A DNA stretch of 64,000 bases. Source: an uncultured Chloroflexia bacterium (lineage in GTDB: Bacteria > Chloroflexota > Anaerolineae > CG2-30-64-16). The stretch is taken from the NCBI GenBank assembly GCA_963810095.1, contig CAWEMM010000012.1:64001-128000 (forward strand), read 5' to 3'. A model generated the notes under the pieces. It had not been told where the DNA came from, did no database searches, and worked only from the letters and a program-made list of their open reading frames with translations. Shown in pieces: positions 61,175 through 64,000 of the stretch (position 1 is its first letter; every line of letters starts with the position of its first letter). The translations under genes and the position numbers were made by a program.

Positions 61175-61443
61175 GCTACACCTCTATACTCCCACGTCAG
61201 CTCGATTTGCATCGGGCCCCCTTCGCACGCTGTGCCTGGCGGGACTCCGACAGTCACCACGGTAAGAGACGCCGTTTCGATTCAATTCGTTAAGGTGTCA
61301 CCCGAGACGCTTGTGCGTCTTGTTTGCCATATCAAACAGTGACGCCACAAGCTTACTTGATGCAAGCCTGTGGCGTCTTTAGCGTACACTTACGGGGAAC
61401 TTAAGAGGCCATTAAGACGTTACCCTATTCTTAGCAGCGGCGC

Positions 61444-63310
61444 CTACGCCTCCCGGTCCTGCGACAGGATGACGACAGCGTAAGGCCCCAGGCTGATTTC
61501 ACCGTAGAATGGCAGCCCGTCATACTCGCCCTCTTTGGCCTCCACGTCGAACACGTCCTGAAGCCCGAAATCAGGGTCGTAACCCTGCCAGTCGCTGTTG
61601 AACCGCACCCGCCACCAGCCAGCGGCCGGGAAGCCGATTTTGTACATCCCGCGCTGGGTATTTGCGAAGCTGGCGGCCACAACCACGCTGTCTCCGGGTC
61701 CGCCGTCCTTCCACCGGTGGAATGCGATCACGTTCTCCGTGTTGTTGACGTGGTGCACCTCGACGTTATAGCCGGTCAGCCCCTCGGTGTTGTTCTGCCA
61801 GTTCCGGCGCAGCTTGAAGAGGTCCGTGTACATCTGGAGAATGCCCTTGTGGTCCTCGAAGCGCGACCAGTCCAGCGGGTCCTGCTCGTGGAACCAGCGG
61901 TCCTCCAGCATCTCCTGGCCCTGGAAAATCATCGGCACACCGGGTGAGGTCACCACCAGCGCGGCTCCCAGGGTCGAACGCTTCTTCGGGTACCAGCTCT
62001 CGGCTTCGCCGGGCGAAATCTCCTCAGGCACGCGGGCCTTCCCATTTGCGTCCTCGTCGTGTGACTCCGTAAAGATGATGCGATCGAAGACGTCGTCGCC
62101 CAGCACTGCCTGGATTGCGCCCGCGACGACGTGCATGTCGCGGTGCTCGTCGGCCATGCCCACGATGGCGCCCCGGACGATGCCGACGAATTGGGGGTCC
62201 CATTGCGCGCTCGAAGCCACCGCCGCCGGCGCCCAAGTCCTTGGTCAGCCAGCCGTCGCCCTTCAGGTCTTCCGCGATGGTGAACTTCCACGGCTGTCGC
62301 GCCTGGATCTCCTCGTTGATCCACCGCAGGAAGCCCCACCCCTCGGGCAGCTCGCCGCCCTTGTCGCTGCGCGGGTCATTCCCGTGCACGTGGCGTATGA
62401 AAGCCGTCGCGTCGAAGCGGAGGCCGTCACAGTGGTACTCTTCCAGCCACATCAGCGCATTGTCGCGGAAGTACTGGCGCACCTCGCCGCGGTTGTAGTC
62501 GGGCCGCGTCTCGCCCCACGGCGTCTCCGCGCGCCAATCGTTGTAGAAATAAATCCCGCCCTTGCCGTTCTCGCTCCAGCCGTCGAACTGCCAAAGCGCG
62601 TTGTCGTTCGGACCGACATGGTTATAAACCACGTCCAGCAGCACCGCGATCCCTCGCTTGTGCGCCTCGTTTACGAACTGCTTGAGCGCCTGCGGCCCGC
62701 CATACGCGCCCTCGACTGCAAACGGATGGCCCGGGTTGTACCCCCACGAGAAGTCGCCGGGGAACTCCGTGGGCGGCATGACCTCGATGGCGTTAATGCC
62801 CAGCCCCGCGAGATAGTCCAGCTTTTCGAGCGCGGTCAGGAAGGTGCCCGGCTTCCCCTTCTCCTTGACGTGGAAGGTGCCGACATGCATCTCGTAGATC
62901 GCCAGTTCGTTCCACGCCGGCATTTTGAAGTCGCCGTCTTCCCAATCGAACGCCGGATCGACGATGACGCTGTTGCCGACCGAACTGGTCAGCGCGCGTG
63001 CGTAGGGATCGAGCCGCCACAGCTCGTTCTTGCCATTCAGAAGCCAGTAACGGTATTCCTGCCCCGGCCGAGCGCCAGGGACATCAGTCGACCAGAACCC
63101 GTTCCCCTCGTTCGCCAGGGGATTGGCTTTCGACGACCACTCGTTGAAGTCGCCCACCACGGACACCTTGTTGGCGTTAGGCGCCCAAACCCGAAACGAG
63201 ACGCAATCGTCATGGACGATCGCCCCCATGCCCGGCACGCTCGCGGGGTGCGTCGACTTCGCGGACGCCGCCCGAGACGGCGCCTGATCCTTCTTCCTCG
63301 TTGCTGCCAT
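61444..63310 (-). CDS. GH13 CBM48 alpha-glucan enzyme (branching enzyme/TreZ-like); frameshift near 62210
   Basis: FRVWAPNA, VVGDFN, DPYA, IYEMHVGTF, WGYNP, LDVVYNH, DGLRFDA, IAED, ESHDE, PMIFQGQE. Confidence 0.9.
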
Positions 63311-63421
63311 GCCTTCCTCACACAACTTCAAAACATGCGGCGAATAATGCGGCGGGGCCTCCTGCCGCCTCCCGGGTGGGCGCGCACCCGCGAGGCGACC
63401 ACAGGCAACCCCTGGTCCGAG

Positions 63422-63513
63422 ATAGGACACCGATGCAACTGATTGAACTAATCGCACTGTCCTTCCGGAAAAGATCATGACAATCAGTCGAATCCGTTCA
63501 GTCCGTGTCCTAT
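63422..63513. repeat. 9-nt-period inverted-repeat element, family A copy 4
   Basis: ataggacaccgatgcaactgattgaacta ... aatcagtcgaatccgttcagtccgtgtcctat. Confidence 0.75.
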
Positions 63514-63584
63514 TGCAGCCCTCGTTGTCCAACAGCGCGTGGCGAGGGCCCAAGTACAAGCACACTCAATCTGTTGGGTCGCAT

Positions 63585-63689
63585 CCTTCGACTGCGGCAC
63601 ACCAGCTGCGCTGGCGCCTCCGCTCAGGATGCTTCAAGCGCAGGCACCCTGAGCGGAGGGCGGTCCGCAGGAGCGCCCGCAGTCGAAGG
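63585..63689. repeat. 105-bp nested inverted-repeat element, copy 2
   Basis: Same termini and a 29-nt identical core with 27231-27335. Confidence 0.8.
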
Positions 63690-63757
63690 GCGCCGAGCGC
63701 CATGATTCAACAGATTCGCTGTGGCTGCACCTAAACTCGCTTATCCAGCTGCAACGC

Positions 63758-64000
63758 CTACTTCTTGCCCCGGCCGCCCCCATCGCCCGCGCCCTCACGC
63801 TGCACGAACTTGAAGAACCGGCTCTGCTCGCCGCTCTTGAGCGTGTCCTGGTAGAGGAACGCAAGGCCCGAGTCGTCGAACTTCTTGAAAAAGTCGTCCC
63901 ACTCGATGGGTTCGAGCCGGGCATCGCGATCGTCGGGGTTGGGCTCGTCGAAATCAATACGCAGGAGACCCGCGTCGTTCTTCCCGCCGGTGTCGCGTAC
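63758..64000 (-). CDS. Small conserved hypothetical protein, 5'-truncated; not in the ORF track
   Basis: Open frame ...GLLRIDFDEP...LEPIEWDDFFKKFDDSGLAFLYQD...SRFFKFVQR to TAG at 63758. Confidence 0.7.
   Translation of the reverse strand, partial: VRDTGGKNDAGLLRIDFDEPNPDDRDARLEPIEWDDFFKKFDDSGLAFLYQDTLKSGEQSRFFKFVQREGAGDGGGRGKK

Noticed and set aside
61290-61335. c-di-GMP-I riboswitch (GGCAAAC followed by a hairpin on the minus strand)
   Set aside because: No GNRA loop and no downstream GACGCAAAG/P3; would need an Infernal search

Overview
A 64-kb, high-GC bacterial chromosomal segment. The gene style (BTAD-ATPase-TPR regulator, SH3-tailed glycosidase, Ala/Pro/Thr-linker lipoproteins, thiolase/DUF35) suggests Chloroflexota, but this is inference only. 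It is mostly metabolic and regulatory: treS, a GH13 glucan enzyme, two GH38 mannosidases with an FGGY kinase and sugar-binding lipoprotein, tnaA, larA-yqeB, thiolase/DUF35/fabG/MDR/ackA, several ABC systems, four two-component systems and an ECF sigma factor. I saw no rRNA, tRNA, CRISPR array, transposase or prophage. About 13 otherwise intact genes carry 1-nt indels, most likely long-read consensus errors. Best candidate for an undescribed system (3441-7562): two paralogous small Sec-secreted proteins sharing a W-x-K-L-[GA]-P-x3-A-E motif, each preceded by an 11-bp-period repeat array at the same distance from a CATACT -10 box, converging on an AfsR-like SARP/STAND/TPR regulator. Other leads: a KdpDE-like pair whose apparent target is a 73-aa membrane protein, an overlapping yqeB-larA pair, a degenerate ABC ATPase coupled to an unannotated 56-aa membrane peptide, a Bell-like/amyloid-motif-like protein, and several families of dispersed intergenic hairpins with 9-nt periodicity. 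All family calls come from motif recognition by eye; no searches were run.
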